A stretch of DNA of 64,000 nt from Octopus sinensis. Its lineage: Eukaryota. Positions 44,370-57,466 of this stretch are shown piece by piece. The notes under the pieces are model-generated. The model did no database searches, was not told where the DNA came from, and saw only the letters and a list, made by a program, of their open reading frames with translations. The stretch spans positions 13,206,001 through 13,270,000 of the forward strand of contig NC_043023.1 in the NCBI RefSeq assembly GCF_006345805.1, given 5' to 3'. The stretch's first letter is position 1, and each line of letters opens with the position of its first letter. A program made the position numbers and the translations under genes.

Positions 44370-45110
44370 CGATCAACATCAATGGAAATTGCAGCTGTGA
44401 TAACAGTGCCGGTGGCACGTGAGAGAACCATCCGATCGTGGCCGTTTGCCAGCCTCGCCTGGCCCCCGGGCCGGTGGCACGTAAAAATCACCCACTACAC
44501 TCTCGGAGTGGTTGGCGTTAGGAAGGGCATCCAGCCGTAGAAATATTGCCTGATCAAACTGGGCCTGGTGCAGCCTTCTGACTTCCCAAACCCCAGTTGC
44601 ACCGTCCAACCCATGCCAGCATGGAAAGCGGATGCTAAACGATGATGATGAATCAGGTGGGGTTGTATTTAACAGGAAAAAACTAAGCAAATAAGGGAGT
44701 ATGGAATTTTAAATGCTGCGGACTAAAATTTATATCAAACCGTCCATAATCGATACAGCTTAGATATTAGTTTCAAATCATCATCATCGTCGTTTAACGT
44801 CCGTTTTCCATGCTAGCGTGGGTTGGACGGTTCGACCGGGCTCTGGGAAGCCAGGAGGCTGCACCAGGCTCCAGTCTGATCTGGCAGTGTTTCTTCAGCT
44901 TGATGCCCTTCCTAAAGCCAACCACTCCGTGAGTGAAGTGGGTGTTTTTTACGTGTTACCGGCACAGGGGCCACAGAAGGCTGGCAAATGGCCACGATCG
45001 GTTGGTGCTTTTTACGTGTCACCGACACGGACGCCAGTCAGGCGACGCTGGCATTTTCCACGTTCGGGTGGTGCTTTTTACGTGTCACCGGCACGGGTAT
45101 CTTGAAAGAA
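44370..45110. mobile_element. Tail-to-tail inverted pair of (GAT)n-tailed retroposons
   Basis: 44370-44650 (+) and 44779-45110 (-), spacer about 130 bp. Confidence 0.75.
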
Positions 45111-45491
45111 ATGTTCTGAGTGCAGTAGCTGCAGCTTGCCGGTTGGAAGGCTGAGAATCGAGGCCGTATATCATGCACAATATGAGGGCTCAACAAGACG
45201 TGGTTTTCAGCCCCGATGGTCACCCCAATGTCACTGGAGAGAGAGCATTCGTAGGTAGTGTGGAATTGCAACAGATGCTAATCCGTTGACCCTGCACACA
45301 AAACAGGAATGATTCGGGTGGAAAGAGACCGGAATAGGGTAGCCATTGACGTCATGAACTATTGGGAAAATGTATATCCCTCAATGGTCGACTGTGGTCC
45401 AGAGCAGATGGCTATATGGTGAGAGATCAGGGCGGAGAGTGCTGCTGAAATTGCCAGAAGACAATGGAGGTAGTCTTCTGGTACAACATAC

Positions 45492-45712
45492 CTATTTCTT
45501 TATTACCCACAAGGGGCTAAACATAGAGGGGACAAACAAGGACAGGCATAGGTATTAAGTCGATTACATTGACCCCAGTGCGTAACTGGTACTTAATTTA
45601 TCGACCCCGAAAGGATGAAAGGCAAAGTCGACCTCGGCGGAATTTGAACTCAGAAACGTAACGACAGACGAAATACCGCTACGTATTTCGCCCGGCGGGC
45701 TAACGGTTCTGC
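45492..45712 (-). mobile_element. Family B SINE
   Basis: Matches 5607-5839. Confidence 0.85.
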
Positions 45713-45938
45713 CTACCGTCCAGGTTAGGGCAAACCGAAGAGTCTGCCTCGAAAAGAGCCATATTGTAGTGAAAAGGAAGATATCTCAGCATGGTGTCTG
45801 TACAGTTCGAAAACGAGGTGTGGGTGAAGAGCCTGAATGCTTGTGTAGGGCACTGGCCATAATTTTATAACAGACCGACTATAGACAGGAACCTCACATC
45901 AGGCTACTTAGTGAGTTGCTCTGCAGAGAAGGGACTTC

Positions 45939-46333
45939 CGATCTTTTCGGTTTGACCGGCAGTTTTTTCTAGCGGTGTCATATGAAATAGTCACCCAATA
46001 ATTAAGACCCTAGTATCGATCTATTGCATTTCAATCTATATTAGGGTAGGAGTTAGGGTTGGTTAGTGTTAGGGGTGGGGGGAAGGGTATCTTTTTTTCT
46101 TCAGAAATGTAAATAAACCCAATCTGTTTCTTAAACGAGGGACATATTCATTCGACACAGAATGTTCTCACCTCAATAGACGTCATTGATTGGTTGAAAT
46201 TGCAGAAATTGAAGAAAGAAAACGACAAATATCTTACAACTATAGAATTTTCTCAATAAAGCCAAGAGAAAAAGAAAGTGTTTAGTTACATGGAAATTAT
46301 TTTAAAAAACTGCCATTCAAACTGAAAAGATCC
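45939..46333. mobile_element. Merlin-type MITE
   Basis: TIRs (c)gatcttttc..gaaaagatcc; TSD gggacttc/gggtcttc (7/8); internal ttaggg tract. Confidence 0.75.
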
Positions 46334-46482
46334 GGGTCTTCCAATCAGAAGCAAGAGTGGGTCTGAGAATTTAGGGGGCCGATCGTGTTCAGCCTTACAG
46401 TGTGTATTTGACTGAAAAGGAATAAACAACACACTTTTGTTTCTGGTTACTTTTATGCACAGCTTATGGAAGCTCTACTATG

Positions 46483-48200
46483 GGATCTTTTCCTTTTGAA
46501 CGGCAGTTTTCAACGCAATTTCTAGTTAAATAAACACTTCGTAAACTGGTAGAATGTGTTTATAAAACATCTTTTTCTCTTGGTTTTATTGAGAAAATTC
46601 TATAGTTTGTAACATATTTGGGATCTTTTCGGTTTGACCGGCAGTTTTTTAAAATAATTTCCACGTAACTAAACACTTTTAAACTTCGTATACTGGTAGA
46701 ATGTGTTTATAAAACATCTTTTTCTCTTGGTTTTATTGAGAAAATTCTATAGTTTGTAACATATTTGGGATCTTTTCGGTTTGACCGGCAGTTTTTTAAA
46801 ATAATTTCCACGTAACTAAACACTTTTAAACTTCGTATACTGGTAGAATGTGTTTATAAAACATCTTTTTCTCTTGGTTTTATTGAGAAAAGTCTATAGT
46901 TTGTAAGATATTTGGGTCTTTTCGGTTTGAACGGCAGTTTTTTAAAATAATTTCCACGTAACTAAACACTTTTAAACTTCGTATACTGGTAGAATGTGTT
47001 TATAAAACGTCTTTTTCTCTTGGTTTTATTGAGAAAAGTCTATAGTTTGTAAGATATTTGGGATCTTTTCGGTTTGACCGGCAGTTTTTTAAAATAATTT
47101 CCACATAACTAAACACTTTTAAACCTCGTATACTGGTAGAATGTGTTTATAAAACATCTTTTTCTCTTGGTTTTATTGAGAAAAGTCTATAGTTTGTAAG
47201 ATATTTGGGTCTTTTCGGTTTGACCGGCAGTTTTTTAAAATAATTTCCACGTAACTAAACACTTTTAAACTTCGTATACTGGTAGAATGTGTTTATAAAA
47301 CATCTTTTTCTCTTGGTTTTATTGAGAAAAGTCTATAGTTTGTAAGATATTTGGGTCTTTTCGGTTTGAACGGCAGTTTTTTAAAATAATTTCCACGTAA
47401 CTAAACACTTTTAAACTTCGTATACTGGTAGAATGTGTTTATAAAACATCATTTTCTCTTGGTTTTATTGAGAAAGGTCTATAGTTTGTAAGATATTTGG
47501 GTCTTTTCGGTTTGAACGGCAGTTTTTTAAAATAATTTCCACGTAACTAAACACTTTTAAACTTCGTATACTGGTAGAATGTGTTTATAAAACATCTTTT
47601 TCTCTTGGCTTTATTGGGAAAAGTCTATAGTTTGTAAGATATTTGGGTCTTTTCGGTTTGAACGGCAGTTTTTAAAAATAATTTCCACGTAACTAAACAC
47701 TTTTAAACTTCGTATACTGGTAGAATGTGTTTATAAAACATCTTTTTCTCTTGGCTTTATTGGGAAAATTCTATAGTTTGTAAGATATTTGGGATCTTTT
47801 CGGTTTGAACGGCAGTTTTTTAAAATAATTTCCACGTAACTAAACACTTTTAAACTTCGTATACTGGTAGAATGTTTTTATAAAACATCTTTTTCTCTTG
47901 GCTTTATTGGGAAAATTCTATATGTTGAAACATATTTCGACTTTAATTTCGAGTATTTCGGCAATTTTAACCCATCACTGACCTCCATTGACGTAATCAA
48001 CATTCTGTGCTGTATGAATATGTCCCTCGTTTAAGAAACAGATTGGGATCTTTTCGGTTTGAACGGCAGTTTTTAAAAATAATTTCCACATAACTAAACA
48101 CTTTTGAACTTCGTATACTAGTAGAATGTTTTTATAAAACATCTTTTTCTCTTGGTTTTATTGAGAAAATTCTATAGTTTGTAAGATATTTGTTGTTTTT
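46483..48200 (+). repeat. 146-147-bp tandem satellite made from the MITE terminus (10 consecutive copies plus one)
   Basis: Units start near 46483, 46620, 46767, 46914, 47060, 47207, 47353, 47499, 47645, 47791 and 48046; MITE internal sequence continues to about 48425. Confidence 0.9.
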
Positions 48201-48479
48201 TTTCCTCAATTTCTGCAATTTCAACCAATCAATAACGTCCATTCAGGTAAGAAAAACATTGTGCCGTATGAATATGTCCCTCGTTTAAGAAACAGATTGG
48301 GTTTATTTACATTTGCGAAGAAAAAAAGATACCCTAACCCTAACCGTAACCATAACTCTAAACCTAACCCTAAAATAGATTGAGATGCAATAGATCGATA
48401 CTAGGGTAATAATTTCGATACTAGGTGTTAATTTCATGGAAGCTATACTAGGTGCACAACGCAGTGGGAAATAGAGTGA

Positions 48480-49270
48480 CAGCGATCAACTCCGACGTCT
48501 GGCAGCTCACTTTGGCAGACACCCATAAAATTATTAACCATCTTACAAACAATAACTCTGAGCACCTTTTCAAACTCCACTCGTCTAACACCCATGGACA
48601 TATTTACAAAGTCAGAACGCAGCACAGCTCCCATGACTTTAGGAAACATTTTTTCACGCTGAGATTTGCTGAAGCATGGAACAAATTGCTGGCATCAGCT
48701 GTTAGTTGTCGGAGCACTGCATCCTTCAAAACTTCCATGCTTCCTGAGATTCGCCAACACTACACCTCATCTTTCTCCCCTCCATACACACGCAAGCATT
48801 ATCTGACTCATATACTGTTCACTTCCCAGACAATTGTACATTACTGCATATACTTTATATGCACTTTTGACAAGTTGTGGTGCACCTGAGCACTGTATAC
48901 AATAATTTCATTATTATTATTATTTAAAATCTCCATCTGTCTAACACCCATGGACATCTTTACAAAGTCAGAAAACAGCACAGCTCCCATGACTTTAGGA
49001 AACATTTATTCACGCTGAGAGCTGCTGAAGCATGGAACAAACTGCTGGTATCAGTTGTTAGTTGTCGGAGCACTGCATCCTTCAAAACTTCCATGCTTCC
49101 TGAGATTCGCCAACACTACACCTGATTTTCTCCCCTCCATACACACACAAGCATGTATCTGACTCATACACTGTTAACTTCCCAGACATTTGTACATTAC
49201 TGCATATACTTTATACGCACTTTTGATAAGTTGTGGTGCACCTAAGCACTGTATACAATAATTTCATATT
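48480..49270 (+). mobile_element. Two tandem CR1/L2 3' ends
   Basis: THKIINHL..RKHFFTLRFAEAWNKL; 3' segment repeated at about 48930-49270. Confidence 0.8.
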
Positions 49271-49429
49271 ATAGTACTCCGAATAATGTATCAGTGGATG
49301 GAATGCTACGTCACTTGTTGGATATTCGAAGGATTATTAGCTCTTCCGATCACGAAGGGAAGGGAGAGCCGGCTCCGTGACCCTACGGAGATCTCAAGGG
49401 GAACGTCGCCCCGAACTGAATGGATACTC

Positions 49430-49800
49430 TTTACTCTTTTACTTGTTTCAGGCATGTGAGTGTGGCCATGCTAGAGCACCGCCTTTAGTCGAGCAAATCG
49501 ACCCCGGGACTGATTCTTTGTAAGTCTAGTACTCATTCTATCGCTCTCTTTTTTGCCGAACCGCTAAGTTACAGGGACGTAAACACACCAGCATTGGTTC
49601 TCAAGCAATGTTGGGGGGACAAACACAGACACGCACATACATATATACGATGGGCTTCTTTCAGTTTCCGTCTACCAAATCCACTCACAATGCTTTGGTC
49701 GGCCAAAGGCTATAGTAGAAGACACTTGCCCAAGGTGCCACGCAGTGGGACAGAACCCAGAACCATGTGGTTCATAAGCAAGCTACTTACCACACAGCCT
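49430..49800 (-). mobile_element. Family A SINE
   Basis: Sequence match to family A. Confidence 0.8.
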
Positions 49801-50264
49801 GATTACAAAATGGATGCTTACAAAATGGAATAGAGGTGCAATGATCTTTAGATGAGGAAGAGGGGGTCGTGGTGGAAGAATAATGACCAGAAAGGAGAGG
49901 GGTTGGCGACAGGAAAGGACCCCAAGTGAGACATGAGGTCACAGGTTAAAGACGCCTCTTTCTTCCAGGGTCTGCGACGGGATGAAGTTGTGTGCTGGAA
50001 ACGGTCATAGGGTTGAATATACAAGTACACTTTCTTAAAATAATCTGGTGAGAATTTTAAAAGAACTTGAAGATGAAGTTATTGACAGAATGGGACAAAG
50101 TAAAAAGAAAAACCGGAACGAGTCAGTAGCGCTCTCTATTGGAGAATTAAGGAAATACAATTATATCAGGGGAAACAACTTCTACAACACATCAACCACG
50201 TGGCCAAAATAGCTAATTAAGGTGCTTAATTACCGATCACTGAGTCATTGTTATTTGTGAATTC

Positions 50265-50985
50265 GGTAAGTTGACAAAGATTTACTTTAAGGCTGTAATA
50301 GTGTTGATAATACTACTAATAATAAGGTAAATGATAGAATTCTGTGAACCTCTCGATGTTACAGTAATTATTTTTCGAAGCGGGAACCTGACAATAATTA
50401 GGAAAATATATTTGCTCGTCTTAATTAATAACTTCCAAACTGAAATGTTGATTTGTTGTTTATGAAAACCTATGATCGACAGTTACATGTGATATAAAGT
50501 AAATTAGTTGGTAAAATGAGTGTAATGTGGTATAATTAATTAGTAAAATGAGAAGAAACCGATTGAAGAATACCACATTAATTAACGTTGTCCCGTTGTT
50601 AATGAGGTATTGATAAAACGGTAAGTTGAAAAAGATTTACTTTAAGGCTGTAATGATAATAATAATAATGTAAATAATAGAATTATGTGAACCTCTCGAT
50701 GTTAGAGTAATTATTTTTCGAAGCGAAAACGTAACAAAATTAGGAAAATATATTTATTCGACTTAATTAATAACTTTGAAGCTGAAATGTTGATTTGTTG
50801 TTTATAAAATACAATGACCGACTGTTACATGTGATAGAACTGAAATTAATTGGTAAAATGAGAATAAAACAGCGTAATTAATTAGTAGAATGTGAGGAGT
50901 CCGATTGAAGAATTCCATATTAATATATGTTATCCTGTTGTTTATGAGGCATTGATAAAACGGTAAGTTGATAAAGATTTACTGT
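50265..50985. repeat. Tandem duplication of a ~356-bp unit
   Basis: cggtaagttga..gtattgataaaa twice; contains gttacatgtgata, the inverse of the 4825-5310 motif. Confidence 0.75.
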
Positions 50986-51384
50986 AATGTTATATTAATA
51001 ATAGTAATGATGATGATGATTTCAAAAGTGGCCCAGGGTCAGCAATCTTTAATACGAGCGATTAGTCGATTGCATGGGTCCCGGTTTTTTCCCGAAAGAC
51101 ATGAAAGAAAAGTCGAACTCATCCGTATTTGAACTCAGGACTTTCCGCCGAGGTTGGCTTTGTATTTCATTCCATTCCGTGTGTAGAAAATAATGATGAT
51201 GATGACAATAATAATCTTTTGATAATTAAAATAATCATTTGTGCTTTTGACCTGAAAATTAACGGGAGGGCATAAGTGAATTACATGGACCCTAGTACTT
51301 GATTGCTTCTTATTTTTTCTACCTGGAAATGATGAAAGGCGACCTTGATGTTATTTGAACTTTGAGAGTAATGATGCGATCTTT

Positions 51385-52038
51385 TCACTTTGACCGACAG
51401 ATTTTTGAAATAATTTCTACGTAACTAAAAAAATTTAAACTTCGTATACTGGTAGAATGTGTTTATAAAACATCTTTTTCTCTTAGATTTCTACAGAAAA
51501 TTCTGTAGTTTGTAACATATTGTTGTTTAATTTCTGACATTTCGGCAATTTCAACCAATCAATGACGTCTGTTGAGGTGAAAACGATTTCTGTCGTAATA
51601 TTTCATGGCGGCGTTATATGAAAACGTCCCCGTTTCATATTATGTTTTCGTTTAAGAAACAGATTGGGTTTATTTACATTTCTGAAGAAAAAATGATACC
51701 CTTGCCCCCAACCCTAAAACAGATTGAAATGCAATAGATCGATACTAGGGTCATAATTATGGGTGGACACTAAAAAGGGAACGGTTTTGTTATCCAGCTC
51801 TGTTTACGAATGACCCCTCAGTTTATGGCCACAGGGTATCTTTTCTCTCATAAAAATCAGGGACATTTTCATATGACACCGCCAGTAAATGTTACGGCAG
51901 AAATCGGTTTCACCTCAATAGATGTCTGTGATTGGTTGAAATTGACGAAAAGCAAGAAATTAAACAACAAATATGTTTCAAACTACAGAATTTTCTCAAT
52001 AAGGCCAAGAGAAAAAGATGTTTTATAAACACATTCTA
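51385..52038. mobile_element. Composite Merlin-type MITE running into the gap
   Basis: gatcttttc terminus and family-internal motifs. Confidence 0.65.
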
Positions 52039-52138
52039 NNNNNNNNNNNNNNNNNNNNNNNNNNNNNNNNNNNNNNNNNNNNNNNNNNNNNNNNNNNNNN
52101 NNNNNNNNNNNNNNNNNNNNNNNNNNNNNNNNNNNNNN
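52039..52138. other. Assembly gap (100 N)
   Basis: Run of N. Confidence 1.
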
Positions 52139-52645
52139 TTGTGTGGGATTAAGCTACTATTTCTAGGTATGGGAGACAGATGTCTATGAATTGTCTGGAA
52201 TTTGGCTGCTATTTCTAGCTATGGGAGACAGATGTCTATGAATTATGCGGTATTTGGCTGCTATTTCTAGCTATGGGAGACAGATGTCTATGAATTGTGC
52301 GGGTTTTGGTTGCTTTTTCTAGCTATGGGAGACAGATGTCTAGGAATTGTCTGGAATTTGGCTGCTATTTCTAGCTATGGGAGACAGATGTCTATGAATT
52401 ATGCGGTATTTGGCTGCTATTTCTAGCTATGGGAGACAGATGTCTATGAATTGTGCGGGTTTTGGTTGCTTTTTCTAGCAATGGGAGACAGATGCCTATG
52501 AATTGTCTGGAATTTGGCTGCTATTTCTAGCTATGGGAGACAGATGTCTATGAATTATGCGGTATTTGGCTGCTATTTCTAGCTATGGGAGACAGATGTC
52601 TATGAATTGTGCGGGTTTTGGCTGCTATTTCTAGCTATGGAAGCT
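52139..52645. repeat. 52-bp minisatellite with a 156-bp three-unit higher-order repeat
   Basis: ctagctatgg recurs every 52 bp; three variants cycle three times. Confidence 0.9.
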
Positions 52646-52874
52646 ACCTTCTGCCCTCTCCGTCGTTGCATGGTTAGATTGTTGTGTGTTTTAGTTTGAG
52701 AAATATTCTCAAATACTTTCCAACCACTGAAATGTCTGGAAACCAATACCTTATTTTAATTTATCGATTGTTTCTCAGTATTACTTTCGATCTCTGTGCC
52801 CAATGAAATGGTAATTTGTTTCCTTACAACTTTCAGAAAGTACCTTTTCATATTCTGTGGATAAGGATTACTCT

Positions 52875-53226
52875 CTTTACTCTTTTACTTGTTTCAGTCA
52901 TTTGAGCAAATCGACCCCGGGACTTATTCTTTGTAAGCCCAGTACTTATTCTATCGGTCACTTTTGCCGAACCGCTAAGTGACGGGGACGTAAACACACC
53001 AGCATCGGTTGTCAAGCAATGCTAGGGGGACAAACACAGACACACAAACACATACTTATATACGACAGGCTTCTTTCAGTTTCCGTCTACCAAATCCACT
53101 CACAAGGCATTGGTCGGCCCGAGGCTATGGCAGAAGACACCTGCCCAAGGTGCCACACAGTGGGAATGAACCCGGAACCATGTGGTTGGTTAGCAAGCTA
53201 CTTACCACACAGCCACTCCTGCGCCT
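52875..53226 (-). mobile_element. Family A SINE
   Basis: Sequence match to family A. Confidence 0.8.
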
Positions 53227-53239
53227 ATGTAGGAATTTG

Positions 53240-53668
53240 GGCAATCTTACGGTTCTAGTATATTTTACGTCATCTGACCACGTGTATTTGTTTATATATG
53301 ATTGTCGATTTCCGTAAAAAAACTTTTATTTTTTTACATAAGGTTTGGGGGTAAATGGGATCTTTCGGGTTAGGGTTTGGGGTTAGGTTAGGACCCTAAC
53401 CCCAAAGATCCCATTTCCCCCCAACCCCATTTGACGAAATCGACGATCATATTCTCTTTCTCTTTTCTCTTTTATTTGTTTCAGTCATTTGACTGCGGCC
53501 ATGCTGGAGCACCGCCTTTAGTCGAGCAAATCGACCCCGGGACTTATTCTTTTGTAAGCCCAGTACTTATTCTATCGGTCTCTTTTGCCGAACCGCTAAG
53601 TGACGGGGATGTAAACACACAAGCATCGGTTGTCAAGCAATGCTAGGGGGACAAACACAGACACACAA

Positions 53669-53724
<56 letters not shown>

Positions 53725-53946
53725 CGACAGGCTTCTTTCAGTTTCCGTTTACCAAATCCACTCACAAGGTATTGGTCGGCCCGGGGCTATAGCAGAAGAC
53801 ACTTGCCCAAGATGCCACGCAGTGGGACTGAACCCGGAACCATGTGGTTGGTTAGCAAGCTACTTACCACACAGCCACTCCTGCGCCTATATACACAAAT
53901 ACACGTGGTCAGTTGACGTAAAATATACTAGAACCGTAAGATTGCC
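53240..53946. mobile_element. Second Merlin-type non-autonomous element with 52-bp TIRs and a nested family A SINE (about 53462-53890)
   Basis: GGCAATCTTACGG.. / ..CCGTAAGATTGCC; TSD ggaatttg at 53232-53239 and 53947-53954. Confidence 0.82.
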
Positions 53947-54662
53947 GGAATTTGATGTGAAAAGAAAAGTACAACTGAATGAAGGTTGCGGATAATTTAC
54001 ACACGTCGAATTATGTTCATCACGTATTTGAAAATGATGGAGGTGGCCAATTGTGAAAAAGTTACGAAAATCTCATTTCCACCCGCTTTTGAGACACCGA
54101 ACACCATTGCAATTCTTGGGTGTAGTTTAGTATGGTACTACTAGCCTTGTGCCTAGAGTAGAAATGAATATTTGCAATGTTGAATTGCTATGTCATTTAA
54201 CTATCCTCTTTATCTCTCTGACTCTTTTTATTCTGTTTCAGAATATCACATCCTGTTGACATAAAAGAAATTACTTCATTCAGATGTGCCTCTGATATTT
54301 TTATCAACTTTTATTGACTAAAGGAAGACGATATATTTATAAGGAGCATTCATCAATACATATACGTTTTTATATAAAGAAAGTCTATGACAAAATATTG
54401 GGAAATATTTCTTCTGGATGATGGAATTAACAGCAACAATTTGAAGTCTTTGCCGTCTGGAATATAGAGGAGATGATTGCTTTACAGGTTAATTAAGCTT
54501 GGATAACTTTACAAAGGGGTAGACAATTGTCACCTCTTGATTTAGATATTAAGCAAGATCTCAGCTGAAAGAAACGGCATTAAATTATTCCCTAAAAATA
54601 GTGACAAAACTGAACACAAACATTCTCATAGAAATGAAATAAACACTATCATTGTGATATTT

Positions 54663-56072
54663 ATGACAGATTATCCTCTCATGATGAATCCTTTAACTGA
54701 AGCAAATAACCCTGATACAGGTGAGAAACCATATCACTCTAATATCTGCAGTGTATCATTCTCTGATAGTGGTGTCTCGACTATACATGAACATACACAT
54801 ACAGGAGAAAAGCCATATCCATGTGATATCTGTGGTAAATCATTCACTCAGAGTAGTGACTTAATTAAACACATACGTACACATACAGGTGAGAAGCCAT
54901 ATCCATGTGATATCTGTGGTAAATCATTCTCTCAGAGTGGTCATTTGACTGCACACATCCGTACACATACGGAGGAGAAGCCCTACTGTTGTGATATCTG
55001 TGGTAAATCATTCTCTCTAACTGGTAAATTGACTAAGCACAAATATACACATAGAGTTGACAAGCCACATCATTGTGATATCTGTGGTAAATCATTCTCT
55101 CAGAGCGGTTATTTGACTAAACACAAACTTACACATACAGGCGAGAAGGCATATCATTGTGACATTTGTGGTAAATCATTCTCTGCAAGTGGGGGCTTGA
55201 TTAGGCACAAGCTTACACATACAGGAAAGAAGCCATATCATTGTGATATCTGTGGTAAATCTTTCTCTCTGAATTGTAACTTGACGAAACACTTGCAAAC
55301 ACATACAGGGGAAAGACCATATCGTTGTGATATCTGTGGTAAATCATTCTCTCGAAGTGGTAACTTGGATACTCACAGACGTATCCATACAGGAGAGAAG
55401 CCATATCACTGCGATATCTGTGGTGAATCATTCTCTGGTGGCAGTTACTTAATTATGCACAAACTTACGCATACAGGGGAGAAGCCACACCATTGTGATA
55501 TTTGTGGCAAATCATTCTCTCAAAGTAGTTCTTTGACTAGTCACGTACGTACACATACAGGTGAGAAGGCATATCATTGTGATATTTGTGGCAGATCGTT
55601 CTCTGAAGGTGGTCACTTGACCAGACACAAACGTGTTCATACAGGAGAGAAGCCATATCGTTGTGATATCTGTGGTAAATCATTCTCTCAAAGTAGCGTT
55701 TTAACTGACCACAAACGTAGACATTTAGGAGAAAGACCATATCATTGTGATATCTGTGATAAATCATTTTCTAGAAGTGGTGACTTGACTAAACACAAAT
55801 TTATGCATACAGGAGAAAAACCATATCAGTGTGATATCTGTGGTAAATCTTTCACTTGTAGTACTTACTTAAGCAAGCACAAATTTAGACATACCGGAGA
55901 GAAGCCGTATCATTGTGATATCTGTGGTAAATCATTCTCTCAGAGTTGTCATTTGACTAAACATAAACTTACACATACAGGTGAGAAGCCATATCGTTGT
56001 GATATTTGTGGTAAATCATTCTCTGAAAGTACTCACTTAACTGTACACAAACGTACACATACTGGCGAATGA
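54663..56072 (+). CDS. ZNF7: C2H2 protein, 16 fingers (first degenerate), subfamily I, ending at a premature TGA
   Basis: ATG at 54663 ([10 protein letters not shown]); acceptor with exon start 54242; ends HTGE*. Confidence 0.88.
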   Translation: MTDYPLMMNPLTEANNPDTGEKPYHSNICSVSFSDSGVSTIHEHTHTGEKPYPCDICGKSFTQSSDLIKHIRTHTGEKPYPCDICGKSFSQSGHLTAHIRTHTEEKPYCCDICGKSFSLTGKLTKHKYTHRVDKPHHCDICGKSFSQSGYLTKHKLTHTGEKAYHCDICGKSFSASGGLIRHKLTHTGKKPYHCDICGKSFSLNCNLTKHLQTHTGERPYRCDICGKSFSRSGNLDTHRRIHTGEKPYHCDICGESFSGGSYLIMHKLTHTGEKPHHCDICGKSFSQSSSLTSHVRTHTGEKAYHCDICGRSFSEGGHLTRHKRVHTGEKPYRCDICGKSFSQSSVLTDHKRRHLGERPYHCDICDKSFSRSGDLTKHKFMHTGEKPYQCDICGKSFTCSTYLSKHKFRHTGEKPYHCDICGKSFSQSCHLTKHKLTHTGEKPYRCDICGKSFSESTHLTVHKRTHTGE

Positions 56073-56324
<252 letters not shown>

Positions 56325-56721
56325 AAATATCAACATCAAAATTTATTACAACATATCAACAATTATGAGTTTTTCGTCTTCTACCAGACAAGGTTTATTC
56401 CTTTTCAAGCTTGATGTATTCAACTTCAATTTCATGAATCACAACTTCAGTATCGTGGATATATCTAAATATATCAACACAGGGAGAACTTTGATTTTTG
56501 AAGATGATTGTGCTGGATTTTTGAGGAATTTGTTAGGAGAGAATAAAGGAATGGGAATAAGGAATAAAAATTTTAAGTGACATTGATTTGGTCTTTGTTG
56601 TGTTTTCATCATCAACATCTTCCTCCTTTAACCTTAGTGCTCCTACCTCGTTTAAATGGTTAAACATCAATGTAGAGCTGTGGATAGGTCCCCAATGTAC
56701 CCACAGCGTACACTGACATAT

Positions 56722-57000
56722 ATCATCATCATCATCATCGTTTAGCGTCCGTTTTCCATGCTAGCATGGGTTGGACGGTTCAACTGGGGTCTGGGAAGCC
56801 AGAAGGCTGCGCCAGGCTCCAGTCTGATCCGGCAGTGTTTCTACAGCTGGGTGCCCTTCCTAACGCCAACCACTCCGTGAGTGTCGTGGGTGCTTTTTAC
56901 GTGCCAGACGAGGCTGGCAAACGGCCATGATCAGATGGTGCTTTTTATGTGCCACTGGCATGGAGGCCAGGCCCGGCTGGCAACGGCCACGATCGGATGG
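56722..57000 (-). mobile_element. (GAT)n-tailed retroposon
   Basis: Family match. Confidence 0.75.
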
Positions 57001-57035
57001 GTCCTTAAGGTTTAATACACATAATGTAGTCTTAA

Positions 57036-57256
57036 CCCATTAGTGTTTAAACCGGCCATATCCGGCCCAAATATTCTATATGTTTTATATTCAAACTGGC
57101 CATATCTAGCCTTTCACACCTAACCTACAATGCCATTCTAAAAATAAACAATCACATCATTGAAACCTCAAAGCTATAAGATAATGCTTGATGAATTCAA
57201 AACAATTTGAATAAAAAATATATTAAATTTAACAGTGTAATCTGAACACTAAAGGG
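57036..57256. mobile_element. piggyBac-type MITE (second family)
   Basis: TTAA|CCCATTAGTGTT..AACACTAAAGGG|TTAA. Confidence 0.8.
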
Positions 57257-57466
57257 TTAAACAATATCCAAAATAACTTACCAAGTGGAAAATTCCGATG
57301 TCCGCGTGTAGCAGACAAACTCCCACAACGGCAACGAAATCAAATGAGGGGGAAGATTATACAAACAGCACTACTATGATGTCATTAAATCGTCCGAAAG
57401 TTGTTTAGCATTTTCTCTAGAGAAAATGTGTCAACATGCCCCGGTCTCCCCTATAGCTTAAGGAAG

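Noticed and set aside
46483-48200. Regular arrays (146 bp, also 52, 140 and 180 bp) as CRISPR-like
   Set aside because: Whole units repeat with no unique spacers, no cas genes, eukaryotic context
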